Assembly: GCA_050248915.1 (NCBI GenBank)
Contig: JBFWRL010000007.1
Location: 6,084 to 70,083, forward strand
Length of the DNA: 64,000 bases
From: Candidatus Sericytochromatia bacterium
GTDB taxonomy: Bacteria; Cyanobacteriota; Sericytochromatia; UBA7694
Direction: 5' to 3'
In this document: positions 36,438 through 47,600 of the stretch, in pieces
How positions within the stretch are numbered: position 1 is the stretch's first letter
Layout: each line of letters starts with the position of its first letter
Translations under genes and position numbers: made by a program
Notes under the pieces: model-generated
Told to the model about the DNA's origin: nothing
The model's input: only the letters and a program-made list of their open reading frames with translations
Databases searched by the model: none

Positions 36438-37553
36438 TTGAAACAAATGCACAAGCCCATCCCCTATGTCGATTTAGCCGCCCAACATGCCCCGCTCAAA
36501 GCTGAATTGCTTTCAGCCGTAGCAGAGGTGCTCGATTCGGGCCAATTTGTGCTTGGGCCCGCCGTGGCGGAATTTGAAAAGGCCCTGGCGGAGCTGTGCC
36601 AAACCCCCCATGCGATTGGCGTCAATTCGGGTACCGACGCGCTGGTTCTGGCTTTGCAGGCCATGGGCATCGGCCCCGGGGATGAGGTGATTACCCCCAC
36701 CAATTCGTTTGTGGCCTCGGCCAGTGCGATTGCCCTGGTGGGTGCCCGGCCTGTGCTGGCTGACGTCGGCGACGATTACCAACTGAGCCCCCAGGCTTTC
36801 GAAGCGGCGATCAGCCCCCACACCAAAGCGGTGATCCCCGTGCATCTAACCGGCCACCCTGCGCCCATGGGGGAGATTCTAGAAATCGCCAAGGCCCATC
36901 AATTGTGGGTACTCGAAGACGCCGCCCAGGCCATTCGCGCCGAATACCAAGGCCAACGGGTGGGCAGCTTGGGCCACGCGGGCGCCTTTAGTTTGCACCC
37001 GCTCAAAACCCTCAATGCCTGTGGCGACGGCGGTGCCCTCACCCTCAGCAACCCCGAATGGCTTGATGCAATTCTGCTGCGCCGCAACCTCGGCCTGCGC
37101 AGCCGCAACGACTGTGAGGTCTGGAGCAGCAATTCCCGGCTCGACAGTTTGCAAGCGGCCATGTTGCAAGTCAAACTGCGCCACCTCGAAAGCTGGACCC
37201 TCAAACGCCGTGCCAATGCCGCCCTCTACCGCACATGTTTGGCAGACATTCCCCAAGTTAAATGCCCCATCGAAACCCCTCTCGCTTTTGCGGTCTACCA
37301 CACCTTTGTGATTCGGGCCCAGCAGCGCGACAAACTGCAGGCTTTTTTAAGCGAAAAAGGCATCGGCACCGCGATTCACTACCCTGTACCGATTCATTTG
37401 CAGACGGTGGGCAAAGCCCTGGGCTACCAATACGGTGACTTTCCTCAGGCCGAGCAACAGGCAAAAGAGATCTTGAGTCTGCCAATTTACCCCGAATTGA
37501 ATTCAGAGCAGATTTTGAGGGTATCTGAAGCCATTGGGCAGTTTTATCACTAA
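36438..37553 (+). CDS. DegT/DnrJ/EryC1/StrS-family PLP-dependent (sugar) aminotransferase
   Basis: N-terminal IPYVDLAAQHAPLKAEL...LDSGQFVLGP, GTDAL, and overall DegT-family collinearity. Confidence 0.88.
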   Translation: MKQMHKPIPYVDLAAQHAPLKAELLSAVAEVLDSGQFVLGPAVAEFEKALAELCQTPHAIGVNSGTDALVLALQAMGIGPGDEVITPTNSFVASASAIALVGARPVLADVGDDYQLSPQAFEAAISPHTKAVIPVHLTGHPAPMGEILEIAKAHQLWVLEDAAQAIRAEYQGQRVGSLGHAGAFSLHPLKTLNACGDGGALTLSNPEWLDAILLRRNLGLRSRNDCEVWSSNSRLDSLQAAMLQVKLRHLESWTLKRRANAALYRTCLADIPQVKCPIETPLAFAVYHTFVIRAQQRDKLQAFLSEKGIGTAIHYPVPIHLQTVGKALGYQYGDFPQAEQQAKEILSLPIYPELNSEQILRVSEAIGQFYH

Positions 37554-37613
37554 ACAGATTGTATTCAGAAAAGCCAATATTGTACAGTAAACTGTACAGG
37601 AGGTGATTCAATC

Positions 37614-37865
37614 ATGAAAGCCATCAGTTATACAACCGTTCGCCAAAATTTTGCCCAAACCATGGATGAAGTTTGCCAGGATCATGCCCCTGTGATTGTC
37701 ACGCGTAAACAAAATGAATCTGTGGTGATTATTTCTCTGGCCGATTACCATGCCATGGAAGAAACGGCCTATTTGCTGCGCTCGCCCAAAAATGCCCGCC
37801 GTTTGCTGAATGCCGCCTTGGAACTTGAAAATCAGCAAGGACAAGAACGGACCCTGTTGGAGTGA
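37614..37865 (+). CDS. yefM: YefM/Phd-family antitoxin
   Basis: MKAISYTTVRQNFAQTMDEV...PVIVTRKQNESVVIISLADYHAMEETAYLLRSPKNARRLL is a canonical YefM. Confidence 0.85.
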   Translation: MKAISYTTVRQNFAQTMDEVCQDHAPVIVTRKQNESVVIISLADYHAMEETAYLLRSPKNARRLLNAALELENQQGQERTLLE

Positions 37866-38116
37866 AGCTCATTTTTTCTGAGGGCGCTTGGGAAGACACT
37901 CTCTTTTGGCAAAAAACAGACAAAAAAATCCTCTTCCGAATCAATCTGCTGATCAAAGAAATTTGTCGCACCCCTTATGAGGGGATTGGCAAACCCGAGT
38001 CCCTCAAACATGCCCTGGCAGGCTATTGGTCTCGGCGCATCAATGATGAACACCGAATTGTCTATAAAGTCGAAGGGGAATCGCTATTAATAGCACAATT
38101 GCGCTACCACTATTGA
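37862..38116 (+). CDS. yoeB: YoeB/Txe-family toxin (mRNA interferase)
   Basis: KLIFSEGAWEDTLFWQKTDKKILFRINLLIKEICRTPYEGIGKPESLKHALAGYWSRRINDEHRIVYKV. GTG start overlaps the yefM stop (GTGA). Confidence 0.85.
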   Translation: MKLIFSEGAWEDTLFWQKTDKKILFRINLLIKEICRTPYEGIGKPESLKHALAGYWSRRINDEHRIVYKVEGESLLIAQLRYHY

Positions 38117-38169
38117 GAGAATGAAAAAAGAAGAAGATTAAACAATCTCATTGAATAGGGAGAACATCT

Positions 38170-39315
38170 TTGCGCTCATCTTTGTTTTTTCTAAAGGGAC
38201 GGCTTCGATTCTTTCTCCTTTTTGTTTTGCTGAGTAGTTGTAGACAACCTCATTCTACTAACACAGGCGACATTGGCCTATTATCTTTGGCCTGGGATCA
38301 GGGCCAAGTTCCACATTTGCTGTTCAAATACAATTATCTTTCAGGCACTCCAGATAACGCTATCAGTGAGACGCGGTATTATCAGCTCAATGTCCTTCAG
38401 CCAGAAGCCCCTGTTTTAACAGAAATCGACCAAAATACAATGCGGGCTAAAATTCCACCTTCCAACATGTCGGGACGGGAGTTGTTGGCCAAAAATCATA
38501 AAAAACTCAGGCCTTTTCCCGATGACACAATCGCCCGGATTCTGGACTACAATATCGAGGCTTGCAGCTTGGATCCCAGCCAGCAGTGGCTTTTGGTCGC
38601 CCACCGTCAAAGTCAACCTTTCCCTAAAACCTCCGAGCTGGTTTACAGCCTGTATCAAATCGAGGATAAGACCTATCGCAATATCAAAGGATTGGCGTCT
38701 ATACCCGGCTCCAGCGATCCTCAACGCGAAGTGATACTCAGTTGGACCGGTTTTGGCTACGATGTTTTGGTGGAATATGAAGAAAAAGACCGGATCTACC
38801 ACGCTCGCAGCCAGATTGATCTGAATACAGCCGAGTTAAAGCCACTGACCGTGTTTAAAACTTATCTGAAAAGAGAGAGTACCGAAAAGCGTTGGAAAGC
38901 CAGCTTTACTCCTCTCAGTCGCCAGTTTAGACCCCGTCAAGACAATGAGAACGATGTCAAAGTTCTGGTTTGGGAAAGTGCCGATAAGGTACTTTTTCTT
39001 GAAAAAAAGGCCAATGACAAGGAAATCTATCTGATCAAGTATGACTTTAAAACCCAGACAGAGTCAGAAATGGCAAAGATGGAGCGGGAGCTGAGTTATT
39101 ATGACTCTTTATTCATCCGCGAGCAAATCTCTCTTGCTCACAAAAAAGTAGTCTACCTGATTCCTAAAGTGAAAGAAGGCACGGATGAACTCTGGTTAAG
39201 TAATTTCGAAGGAACAGAGCGAAAGATGGTTCTCAACCGAATTCGGGATTTGCCCGTGGGTCTGTCCGAATATGTAAATGCAACAAGGATTATATTGCCT
39301 GAAATCGAGCCTTGA
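38170..39315 (+). CDS. Hypothetical lipoprotein encoded in an AT-rich island
   Basis: Signal peptide and lipobox LLSSC. Local GC is visibly lower than the flanks. No known motif. Confidence 0.45.
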   Translation: MRSSLFFLKGRLRFFLLFVLLSSCRQPHSTNTGDIGLLSLAWDQGQVPHLLFKYNYLSGTPDNAISETRYYQLNVLQPEAPVLTEIDQNTMRAKIPPSNMSGRELLAKNHKKLRPFPDDTIARILDYNIEACSLDPSQQWLLVAHRQSQPFPKTSELVYSLYQIEDKTYRNIKGLASIPGSSDPQREVILSWTGFGYDVLVEYEEKDRIYHARSQIDLNTAELKPLTVFKTYLKRESTEKRWKASFTPLSRQFRPRQDNENDVKVLVWESADKVLFLEKKANDKEIYLIKYDFKTQTESEMAKMERELSYYDSLFIREQISLAHKKVVYLIPKVKEGTDELWLSNFEGTERKMVLNRIRDLPVGLSEYVNATRIILPEIEP

Positions 39316-39364
39316 GCTTTTCTGATTGGCTCCCGTTTTTTGCCTAAAACCCAACACCTAAAAC

Positions 39365-40564
39365 CTATTGTTTATAAAAACGCGTCCCAGGCAGAACCAA
39401 CTCATCGCCCCGGTGTTTGATCTCGATCTCACCGCTGGATTTAAAGACATAGAGGCCCTCGTCTTTGCCGACCGAAGAAAAGCGCTCGTATTCGCTGTCT
39501 CCGTCGCGGTAGGTTTCCATCAGCAAAAAGGAGTTCTGGTCGAGACCCACACTCATGCTGTGATTAAAGCGGGCCGCGGTATAGGCGATGGTATCGGGGT
39601 CTTCCATGAAGATATAGTCTTTGCAATGGGGGAAGAGCTGCACCTTGGTCACCAGGCCAAAGCCCTGATCAAAGAGTTCAAAGTCGTACATGCGCGAAGA
39701 GCCTGTCCACTCATTGGAATTGTCGTCAAAGACCACCAGATAATCACAGAGGCAGAGCGATCCAGCTGAAACCGTATAAAAATTGGCCCCGCGCGCCAAA
39801 GCCGTTTGAAAGGCCTCTTTGAGTTTGAAAAAGTTCAAGCGGTTCCAAAGTACGGCAATATGGCCGCCAAAGATAAAAATCGAATTGGAGGTCAAAATCC
39901 GCTCTTCGAGTTGGCGTTTGAGGGTTTGGTAGAGGGGATCTTGGGCCACTTGAGAGGTGGTAAAAAAATACTCGTCGATCTCGTGGCAGACCTTGAGCAT
40001 CTGCGCGTCATTCTCGCGAATCTTGTCCATGCTGGCCTGAATATCCTGGCAGGCATAGTGGTAGAGCAATTCAATCGGCTTGAGTGAATGCAGGCGTGTT
40101 TGCCCCTGCACCACATCATAACCCAGCGCCCGCGCCAAACTCATGCCTTTAAAACTCTCTTTGAGCAGGGTCAATTGGCTCTGCAAAATGCGAATCAGAC
40201 CGGCATTTTTTTCGCGGTAAAAGAGCTTGACCTGTTGAATTACCTGCTGTTTGCTGTGGTAAAGCCAGTACAGCCCCGCCTCTTTTTTGCGGAAGAAATT
40301 GAAGTCGTGGTAAATCGAGAGGTTTTGAATATTCTGATCATACCCCCCGTCAAACTGGGGCTGAATCCCAATTCCATACAGCGCCCGCTTAATATGCGCC
40401 TCTTGAAACTCACGCTTTTGCCAAGCAGCGGTGATCAGCAAAACCTTGCGGCTCTGGCGCACAGCCGGGTCTTCGTGCTTGGAGTCGAGAATTTGGCTTT
40501 TAAAGGCCTCAATAAAATCTGTTTCGAGCTGAATATTGCCGTTAAAGACGATACTGCCCTTCAT
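39365..40564 (-). CDS. Two-domain protein: unknown N-domain plus C-terminal peptidase S51 (PepE/cyanophycinase-like, class I glutamine amidotransferase-like) domain
   Basis: IFIFGGHIAVL and FYTVSAGSLCLCDY parallel PepE's IVGGGNTF and YIGWSAGAN (Ser nucleophile). Confidence 0.45.
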   Translation of the reverse strand: MKGSIVFNGNIQLETDFIEAFKSQILDSKHEDPAVRQSRKVLLITAAWQKREFQEAHIKRALYGIGIQPQFDGGYDQNIQNLSIYHDFNFFRKKEAGLYWLYHSKQQVIQQVKLFYREKNAGLIRILQSQLTLLKESFKGMSLARALGYDVVQGQTRLHSLKPIELLYHYACQDIQASMDKIRENDAQMLKVCHEIDEYFFTTSQVAQDPLYQTLKRQLEERILTSNSIFIFGGHIAVLWNRLNFFKLKEAFQTALARGANFYTVSAGSLCLCDYLVVFDDNSNEWTGSSRMYDFELFDQGFGLVTKVQLFPHCKDYIFMEDPDTIAYTAARFNHSMSVGLDQNSFLLMETYRDGDSEYERFSSVGKDEGLYVFKSSGEIEIKHRGDELVLPGTRFYKQ

Positions 40565-41382
40565 AACCGAGGGGCCTCCTGGGCTTCTGGCAGCGGCGTG
40601 ACACTCTCGCGGTCCAACTCAAAGACAATTTGGCAAAACAAGAGCGTGAAATAGGTTTTGACCACCAGATCCAAGCCCATCGCCAGGATTTGCAAAACCG
40701 CTTGGCCGCTGAGCATAAAAAACTGCAAAATCACCGTCGGGACCAGCCATAAAAAGCCCAAATAGGTGATCTTGCCCGGAAATTTAAAGATCAGATTTTT
40801 GCTGCGCTTCCAGGCCTGCCACCAAGTCAATTGCCCCAACACGCAGTACTGCTGCCAAAAACTGGTCAACACACCGACAATCGCCAAAAGGGTAAAGGCC
40901 CCAATCAAGACCTGGGCCCATTGCAAAAAGACCAATACCTTGGCTGCCTCTGTTTGCATCAGGGCCTGCAGTTTTTCGAGATTGCCATTTTGGACCAGCG
41001 GCAGGGCCTTTTCAACCAAGGCCTGATCCAAAGGCCCAAACCAGGCCTCACTGAGCAAACTGCCCAGCATAAACAGCAACATAAAGAGCAGAAAGAAGAC
41101 CGAGGCACCATTGAGCATCGGCCAAAAATAGCGGGCCAGCCCCTCAAAGAAATCATCCAAAGAGGTTTTGGGCTCGCGCTGCAAAAGCACAATTTTCATC
41201 TGGTAGAGCCAGCCCCCCAAAAGCGCCTGATGCAAAAAGAAGAGGGCCAAAATTGACATGGCATTGCCGCCCCCCATACCGCCCGCAAAGACCAACATGA
41301 TCAACGTCTCGATCAGCACAGGACCGAGTAAAATCCAGTTCTGGCTGAGTAATTGCCAGGTCCGGACGAGAATTTCGTTCAT
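40561..41382 (-). CDS. Hypothetical polytopic membrane protein
   Basis: About 6 predicted TM helices. The 4-bp overlap (ATGA) with the downstream S51-like gene suggests translational coupling. Start moved to the internal Met (MNEILV) to remove a 100-nt overlap with the SBP gene. Confidence 0.5.
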   Translation of the reverse strand: MNEILVRTWQLLSQNWILLGPVLIETLIMLVFAGGMGGGNAMSILALFFLHQALLGGWLYQMKIVLLQREPKTSLDDFFEGLARYFWPMLNGASVFFLLFMLLFMLGSLLSEAWFGPLDQALVEKALPLVQNGNLEKLQALMQTEAAKVLVFLQWAQVLIGAFTLLAIVGVLTSFWQQYCVLGQLTWWQAWKRSKNLIFKFPGKITYLGFLWLVPTVILQFFMLSGQAVLQILAMGLDLVVKTYFTLLFCQIVFELDRESVTPLPEAQEAPRL

Positions 41383-43127
41383 GGAGCCAAAGCAGTCTGG
41401 GAATTGAGCGAATAGACTTGGTAGGGAAAGGGCAACATCGGATGCACCAAATAGTGGTTCACCTGGGGCTGTACCAGCCAATAATCAACAGGGTGGTACA
41501 GAAACAGCCAAGGGGCATCTTCGAGAATCAGGCGTGCGGCCTCGGCATAGTGCTCATAGCGTTTGGGCTCAGAATAGAGGTCCTCGGCCATACCCACCAA
41601 TTGGTCGACACGTGGGTTGCTGTAACGGGCCGTATTAGAGCCCGGCCAACCGGCCTGAGAAGAGTGAAAGGTGGGATAAAAGAGCTGGCTGGGGTCGACC
41701 AGATCAGGACTCCAAATCGTGTGGTAAAAGATCGGCGGCGTGCGGTAGGCTCCAGTACCCAAAGTGGCCTGAGAAACCAATTTAATTTTCACACCCGCAG
41801 CAGCCAGATTTTCTTGAACTTTGCGACAGATGGCATACGATTGATCGTTGTTTTGGTAATAGAGCGTTAACTCCAAATGGGGGTTTTGCCAGGGTTCAAC
41901 AAAACCATCTCCGTCTTTGTCGCGCCAACCGGCTTCAAAGAGCAGATTTTTGGCTTTGTCGGTATCCTGACGAAAGAGCGGCTCTTTGAGACGGCCACCG
42001 GGAAATTCAGGCGGGAAAACACCCGTCACAGGGCGAGCATAGGTCTGCAAAATATGGTCAGTGATCGCCTGTTTATCCACGGCAAAATTAAAGGCCTTGC
42101 GCACCTTGGGCTCATTAAAGGGGAAGCTCTGGTTGTCCATGTTCAGATAATGGGTCGACCAGCGGGGAATTTTGAGCACTTTGGATTGCTGCAAATTGCT
42201 TTGGCTATTGGCTTTAACCATTTTTTCTTGGCCCAAGGGGTTCCAGACGGGATCTTCGAGCACGCGCTCAAAATATTGGCCGGGCACCGGGGCATGGTCA
42301 ACCTGCTTTTTGACAAAGGCCTGGAAGCGATCATTGGTCTCGGGCATGATCTGAAAGCGCAACCCGCTGATCTGAGCGGTCTGCGGGTCGTAAAAGCCAT
42401 CAAAGCGCTGCAGCGAAATCGTCTGATCGGCATCGACCTCTTGCAATTGGTAAGGGCCGGCTCCCACAGGGGCTTTGCGGAAATCTTTCCACCAGCGCTC
42501 GACATCTTCGGCGGGCACAATCGAAAAATAGGGCAGGGTGAGCAAATCGAGTGCCATCGGGATCGCGTTTTCAAGATGAATCTGAACCAAGTGGTGATCG
42601 ATCACCTCGACGCCGAGCAAATGGGGCTCACGCACCCCGGCCCGGCGGGCGGCTTGGTAGCGTTTGAGGCCGCGAATATTCAGGCGGTTAATGGCCCAGG
42701 CACCGGGAGAGTTCAAATTGGGATTGCAGGCCCGTTCCAGCGAATATTTGACATCGGCAGCGGTGATCAGGCGACCATTGTGAAAACGGGCCTCCGGGCG
42801 CAGCTTAAAAATATACGATTTTTTGTCGGGGGCCACTTCCCAGGATTCGGCCAAAGCAGGCACAACCTGGTTATACGCCCCGGCACGGGGAGGACGAATG
42901 GTGGGTGAATAAGCCACCAAGCCCTGGTGAATCAGGGAGCTGATCTCCTGGCTTTCGGGCGTGGACATATACAATGGGTCAAAATTGCCTACCGCTTTGT
43001 CTAAATAGGTGCGGAACGTCGTTTGGGCCTCTGCGGCAGGCATCTGGGTGCCCAGCAGACCCAAATTCACCCCCAGGGCCAAACTGAACGCCAGCATTTT
43101 CGTCATTTTCATCTTTCCCCTCCTCAA
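41379..43127 (-). CDS. ABC transporter substrate-binding protein, family 5 (peptide/nickel/opine type)
   Basis: Signal peptide, about 570 aa, SBP_bac_5-like collinearity. The 4-bp overlap with lysS upstream suggests translational coupling. Confidence 0.75.
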   Translation of the reverse strand: MRRGKMKMTKMLAFSLALGVNLGLLGTQMPAAEAQTTFRTYLDKAVGNFDPLYMSTPESQEISSLIHQGLVAYSPTIRPPRAGAYNQVVPALAESWEVAPDKKSYIFKLRPEARFHNGRLITAADVKYSLERACNPNLNSPGAWAINRLNIRGLKRYQAARRAGVREPHLLGVEVIDHHLVQIHLENAIPMALDLLTLPYFSIVPAEDVERWWKDFRKAPVGAGPYQLQEVDADQTISLQRFDGFYDPQTAQISGLRFQIMPETNDRFQAFVKKQVDHAPVPGQYFERVLEDPVWNPLGQEKMVKANSQSNLQQSKVLKIPRWSTHYLNMDNQSFPFNEPKVRKAFNFAVDKQAITDHILQTYARPVTGVFPPEFPGGRLKEPLFRQDTDKAKNLLFEAGWRDKDGDGFVEPWQNPHLELTLYYQNNDQSYAICRKVQENLAAAGVKIKLVSQATLGTGAYRTPPIFYHTIWSPDLVDPSQLFYPTFHSSQAGWPGSNTARYSNPRVDQLVGMAEDLYSEPKRYEHYAEAARLILEDAPWLFLYHPVDYWLVQPQVNHYLVHPMLPFPYQVYSLNSQTALAP

Positions 43128-44596
43128 GCTTGCGGGCGCATATGGGGAAACAGCAACACGTCGCGAATCGAAGCAGAATCGGTCAAAAGCATGATCAGGC
43201 GATCAATACCAATGCCCAAGCCTCCGGTTGGCGGCATGCCATGTTCCAGCGCCAGAATGTATTCATGGTCCATTGCGTGTGCCTCTTCGTCGCCCGAATC
43301 TTTGGCTTCGAGCTGCTTTTCAAAGCGGGCACGTTGATCAATCGGATCATTGAGCTCTGAAAAGGCATTGGCCATTTCCCGACCGGTGATAAAGAGCTCA
43401 AAACGCTCAGTCAGTTCGGGATTGGACCTGTGTTCTTTGGCCAAAGGAGAGATCTCCTTGGGGTAGTCGATAATAAAAGTGGGCTGAATCAGGCGGGAAT
43501 CCACACTTTCGAAGATCTCGTTAATAATTTTGCCCAGACCAAAACTGGGTTCAATGGCAATATTGTACTTGGCGGCAGCCGCAGCGGCTGTGTCGCGCGA
43601 GACAAAATCTGCGGGGGTCAATTCGAGAAATTGGCAAATGGCCTCGACCATGGTCATGCGCGCCCAGGGGCGGGCAAAGTCCACTTCGGTCTCTTGGTAG
43701 GTAATTTTGAGGCTACCGTGAATCTCTTGTACGAGATGGCAAATCAGCTCTTCGGTCAGGTTCATCATGTCTTGGTAATCGGCATAAGCCTGATACAGCT
43801 CCAACATGGTGAACTCGGGGTTGTGGCGCGTGGACATGCCCTCGTTGCGGAAATTGCGGTTGAGTTCAAAGACCCGGTCAAAGCCGCCGACGATCAAGCG
43901 CTTGAGATAGAGTTCGGGGGCAATTCGCAGGAACAATTCCATGTCCAAGGCGTTGTGGTGGGTTTTAAAGGGGCGCGCCGCTGCTCCACCGGGAATCGGG
44001 TGCAGCATCGGGGTTTCGACTTCGAGGAATTCGCGCACGGTCAAAAATTGGCGAATCAAACTGAGGGCCCGGCTGCGGGCCACAAAGGTCTCGCGCACCT
44101 CGGGATTGACGATCAGATCGAGGTAGCGCTGGCGGTAGCGCAGGTCTACGTCGGTCAGACCGTGGTATTTTTCGGGCAGGGGGCGCAGGGATTTGGCCAA
44201 GAGCGTGAGTTCTTCGGCCTGCACACTCAGTTCACCTGTATTTGTGCGGGCCACCAGGCCTTTGAGGCCGACCATATCGCCAATATCCAGCATTTTCAGT
44301 TGCTGGTAGGCCTCTTCGCCAATTTTGTTCAACATGATCATGCCCTGCAGACGTTCGCCGCCGTCGCGCAGGTCCAAAAATGTCAGCTTGCCTTTGCCCC
44401 GCCAGCCGGTAATCCGTCCGGCAATGGTGACCACTTCTTCCGACTTCTCCCCATTGGCCAATTTTTCGGCATAGGCTTCGCGAATTTGGGCAAAGGTATG
44501 GGTGCGGTCAAAATGATAAGGGTAGGGAGAAATACCCGCTTCACGCAGCTGATCCAGCTTGTGGCGGCGCATTTCAAGCTCACTGAGATGTTCCAT
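43124..44596 (-). CDS. lysS: Lysine--tRNA ligase (class II)
   Basis: N-terminal anticodon-binding OB region and class II motifs 1-3 (…[21 protein letters not shown]…, …[16 protein letters not shown]…). Confidence 0.95.
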   Translation of the reverse strand: MEHLSELEMRRHKLDQLREAGISPYPYHFDRTHTFAQIREAYAEKLANGEKSEEVVTIAGRITGWRGKGKLTFLDLRDGGERLQGMIMLNKIGEEAYQQLKMLDIGDMVGLKGLVARTNTGELSVQAEELTLLAKSLRPLPEKYHGLTDVDLRYRQRYLDLIVNPEVRETFVARSRALSLIRQFLTVREFLEVETPMLHPIPGGAAARPFKTHHNALDMELFLRIAPELYLKRLIVGGFDRVFELNRNFRNEGMSTRHNPEFTMLELYQAYADYQDMMNLTEELICHLVQEIHGSLKITYQETEVDFARPWARMTMVEAICQFLELTPADFVSRDTAAAAAAKYNIAIEPSFGLGKIINEIFESVDSRLIQPTFIIDYPKEISPLAKEHRSNPELTERFELFITGREMANAFSELNDPIDQRARFEKQLEAKDSGDEEAHAMDHEYILALEHGMPPTGGLGIGIDRLIMLLTDSASIRDVLLFPHMRPQA

Positions 44597-44686
44597 GATA
44601 ATTTCCTGTAGTTTGGTGCATAGGCGTAGTTCAAATGATCTTCATTGTACCCGAAGCGGGGGCCTCTGCGCAAAAACTGGCTTTAG

Positions 44687-47600
44687 CTAAAACAGGGGTC
44701 GCAGGGAGCCCGGCGCCCCCTGATTGACAAAGAGCCGGATGCGATCCAGCCGGGCCTGTAAGAGAGTGCGCTGGACAGGATTCTGTTCTTGCAGGGCCTG
44801 GGTATTCAGGGTCTGAATTTCAGCATCGATCTCGGCCCGTGTAACCGGAAAACCATTCAAACGGGGCGTTACCACTTGAATTTGAATGCCGTCTCTTCCC
44901 ACAAACAAGGGGGCAGATACGGCAGCTTTGCCGGGTATTTGCAGCGAAATTTCAGGTTCTTCGGGCGTTGGCGACGGTGGTTGGGAGACTTCAATTCTGC
45001 CTGTCTTCAGAGCTTCTGGGCTGATTATCACTGGACCTGGGCCCGCTGGCAGCACAATTTCAAGCGAAAGATCGCCCGCTGGCAGACTAATTTCAGGCTG
45101 AGTCTCTTGCTCTCTTGCCGGTTTTGGAGCAGGACCAGCCTTTTCTTCGTCCACCAGAATCAAGGGAATGGGTGCTGGCGGGAATGAAACATCTTCTAAA
45201 CCAACATGTACCCGACCGCCCAGTGTTTGGGGAATGCCCGCCAAGCTGGTTGGCGGATCTTGGGCCAGGGCCTGGGTCAAGATCAGGGCCTCGGCCCGCG
45301 TAATTTTGCCAGAAGCCAAATCCTGCTCAATCTGGATCTGAATGGCCTGGTTCTGCTCCAGAGTGGGAGCCACTTTGCCATCGGGCCCGGGCAAATAGGC
45401 ATTGCGCCGCAAGAGCAGGGCTTCACTCTGGCTGATCCGCCCTGTTCTGAGATCTGTGTCAAGGGCCTGGGCAATCAGGTTTTTAAAACCGGCCTCGCCC
45501 TGACTCTGCACAATGGCCCGTCCCGTGCCACTTTGCCCTGTGCGCAGCAAAAACTCAGCCTGACCAATCACCCCATTTTGATTCAAACTGTTGAGAAAAT
45601 TGTCTGCCGCCAATTGCCCCTCGTTGGTGCCCAGACCCGTTTTGACCCGTTCCTGGATGGCCTCTTTTAAGCCTGTGCCTTCGTTGAGCAGGGTGCCAAT
45701 ACCAATACCAATGCTGTAGCTGTCCAAAACCAGAGACAGGCTCTGGGTGGCAGGAGAAAAAGCCGCCACATCACTGACCACGCTGACCAAATCGTTAAAA
45801 GTGGTGAAATCGTCTTTTCCCGCATTTAAATCCGAGATCAATGTGCCAATATCTTTGGCCAAAAAACCGGCATTGGCTAAAAAACCCAGTACAGGAATCC
45901 GACTTTCAGCTTTGAGTGCAACCTGGGAAGGCCCACTGGCAGCCTGGGCGGCCTCTGCTATTTTCTCAGGGCCTAGGGCCACAATTTTGGGCAACAACTC
46001 TTGCAGACCTTTGTTAAGTTTGTCCAGCCCAATAACATTGCCTACCGAGCTGCCAAATCCCACCAGTTTTTTTAAAAGTTCTGGTCGCTGGTTCAGGGCG
46101 GCAATAAATTGGTCCCCCACACCGGGCGAGAGGGCATTAAAGGTCTTTTGCAGGGAATTGACAAATTCTCCCACCTGCTCGGCCAATTTGGCATCTTTCA
46201 CCAGAGTCGAAATGGCACCTTTGAGCAGCTTGGCCTCGTCCCGCACAAACTTGGCGGCTTTTTCTGCGGCCTTGGCAATCAATGGAGAGGCTTTCGCTAA
46301 ATTCTGAGCACCTTCAAGAATATCCGCTGTCTTGGTGACAATTTCAAAGCCTTTCAAGGCTTTGTCTTTAAAAGAGAGCTCCAAGCGCAATACTCCTTTG
46401 GCCAGAGTCGATGGCGGGTCCAGAATCACCGTATTTTGGGCGCTGTCGACCGAAGCGACTTTAAAGGACTTCTCGCCAATGCGAACAGTGTCCCCAGCAC
46501 TGAGCAGATTGGCTTTGCCTGCAGGCAGTTGCAGGGCATTGCTGCCCGCAGGAATTTCAAAGGCAATCGGGTCAGCCCCCTGAAACAGGGTCTGAAAATT
46601 GCGCGAGATATCGCGTAAATTGCCCGGCGTTCCCAAGAGAGCGCCGATCCCATCCAGGCCTTTGACAAAATCTTCGGCGGACTTGCCTGGCCCCAAGAAC
46701 CCTTGCAGGAGTTTTTGTTTAACATCGGGCTCAGCCACAGCGTCAAAGCGCTCCAAAAATCCTTTGTAGGCCTGAACCAAGGTACCTGCCGCGCTGAGTT
46801 TGTCGAAATTGGAGGCATTGGGATCGGCCAGGGTTTTGAGGCTTTCGTTGATCTTTTGCGGTGTGGCATCCTCCCGAGCCAAACCTTCTCCCGCCAAGAA
46901 CTCTGTCCCGACGATCTTTTGGGGAGTTTCTAGACCTTCTTTGAGATTGGCAAAAGCCACCCCGGCTGTGGAGATAAAATCTGCACTCAACTGAGCTGGA
47001 GAGAGAGCAGCTTCGGTTGCAGCTGTGACAAAAGCGGCTTTTTTCTCGGGAGTGTCTAGCACAAAGCGGCTTTGTTCGGGATTGGCCTGCAATTGCTGAC
47101 GTAGAAAACTGGCAAAGGTCTGGGGATTCACGCCCAGCTCTGCTGCTGCCTGGGCCAAAACCTGGACATAATTGTCTTTGTTCAGATCCTGGCCACGCAC
47201 AATCAGGGGCTTGCCTTGGGCATCCTGCCCCAAATCCAATTCCACCTTGCCCAGGAAGAGCAGCCCTGAGGCATCTTTAAACGGCTGGATCTGCCTCTGC
47301 AGATCTGCCACGCGGGAAATTTCAGCAATGCCTGTCTCCTGAAGCAAAAATGCAGCAATTTGAGGATTGGAGGGCGTTGCCCCCGCCACCACAGCCAAAT
47401 TTTGCGCATTTTGGCTTTCGAGAAAATTAGCAAAGGCCCGATTCAATTCCTGCCCCAATTTTTCGCTGCCTGTGCGCCCAGCCCCTTGCAGACCCGCCGT
47501 GATTTGACGACTGGCATTGGCAAAGCGCGCCAACAGCGCCGGGTTCTCGTTGAGGGTGCGCCGTCCCAAGGCGCTCAGACCCTGAATTTTTTCGCGCAGC

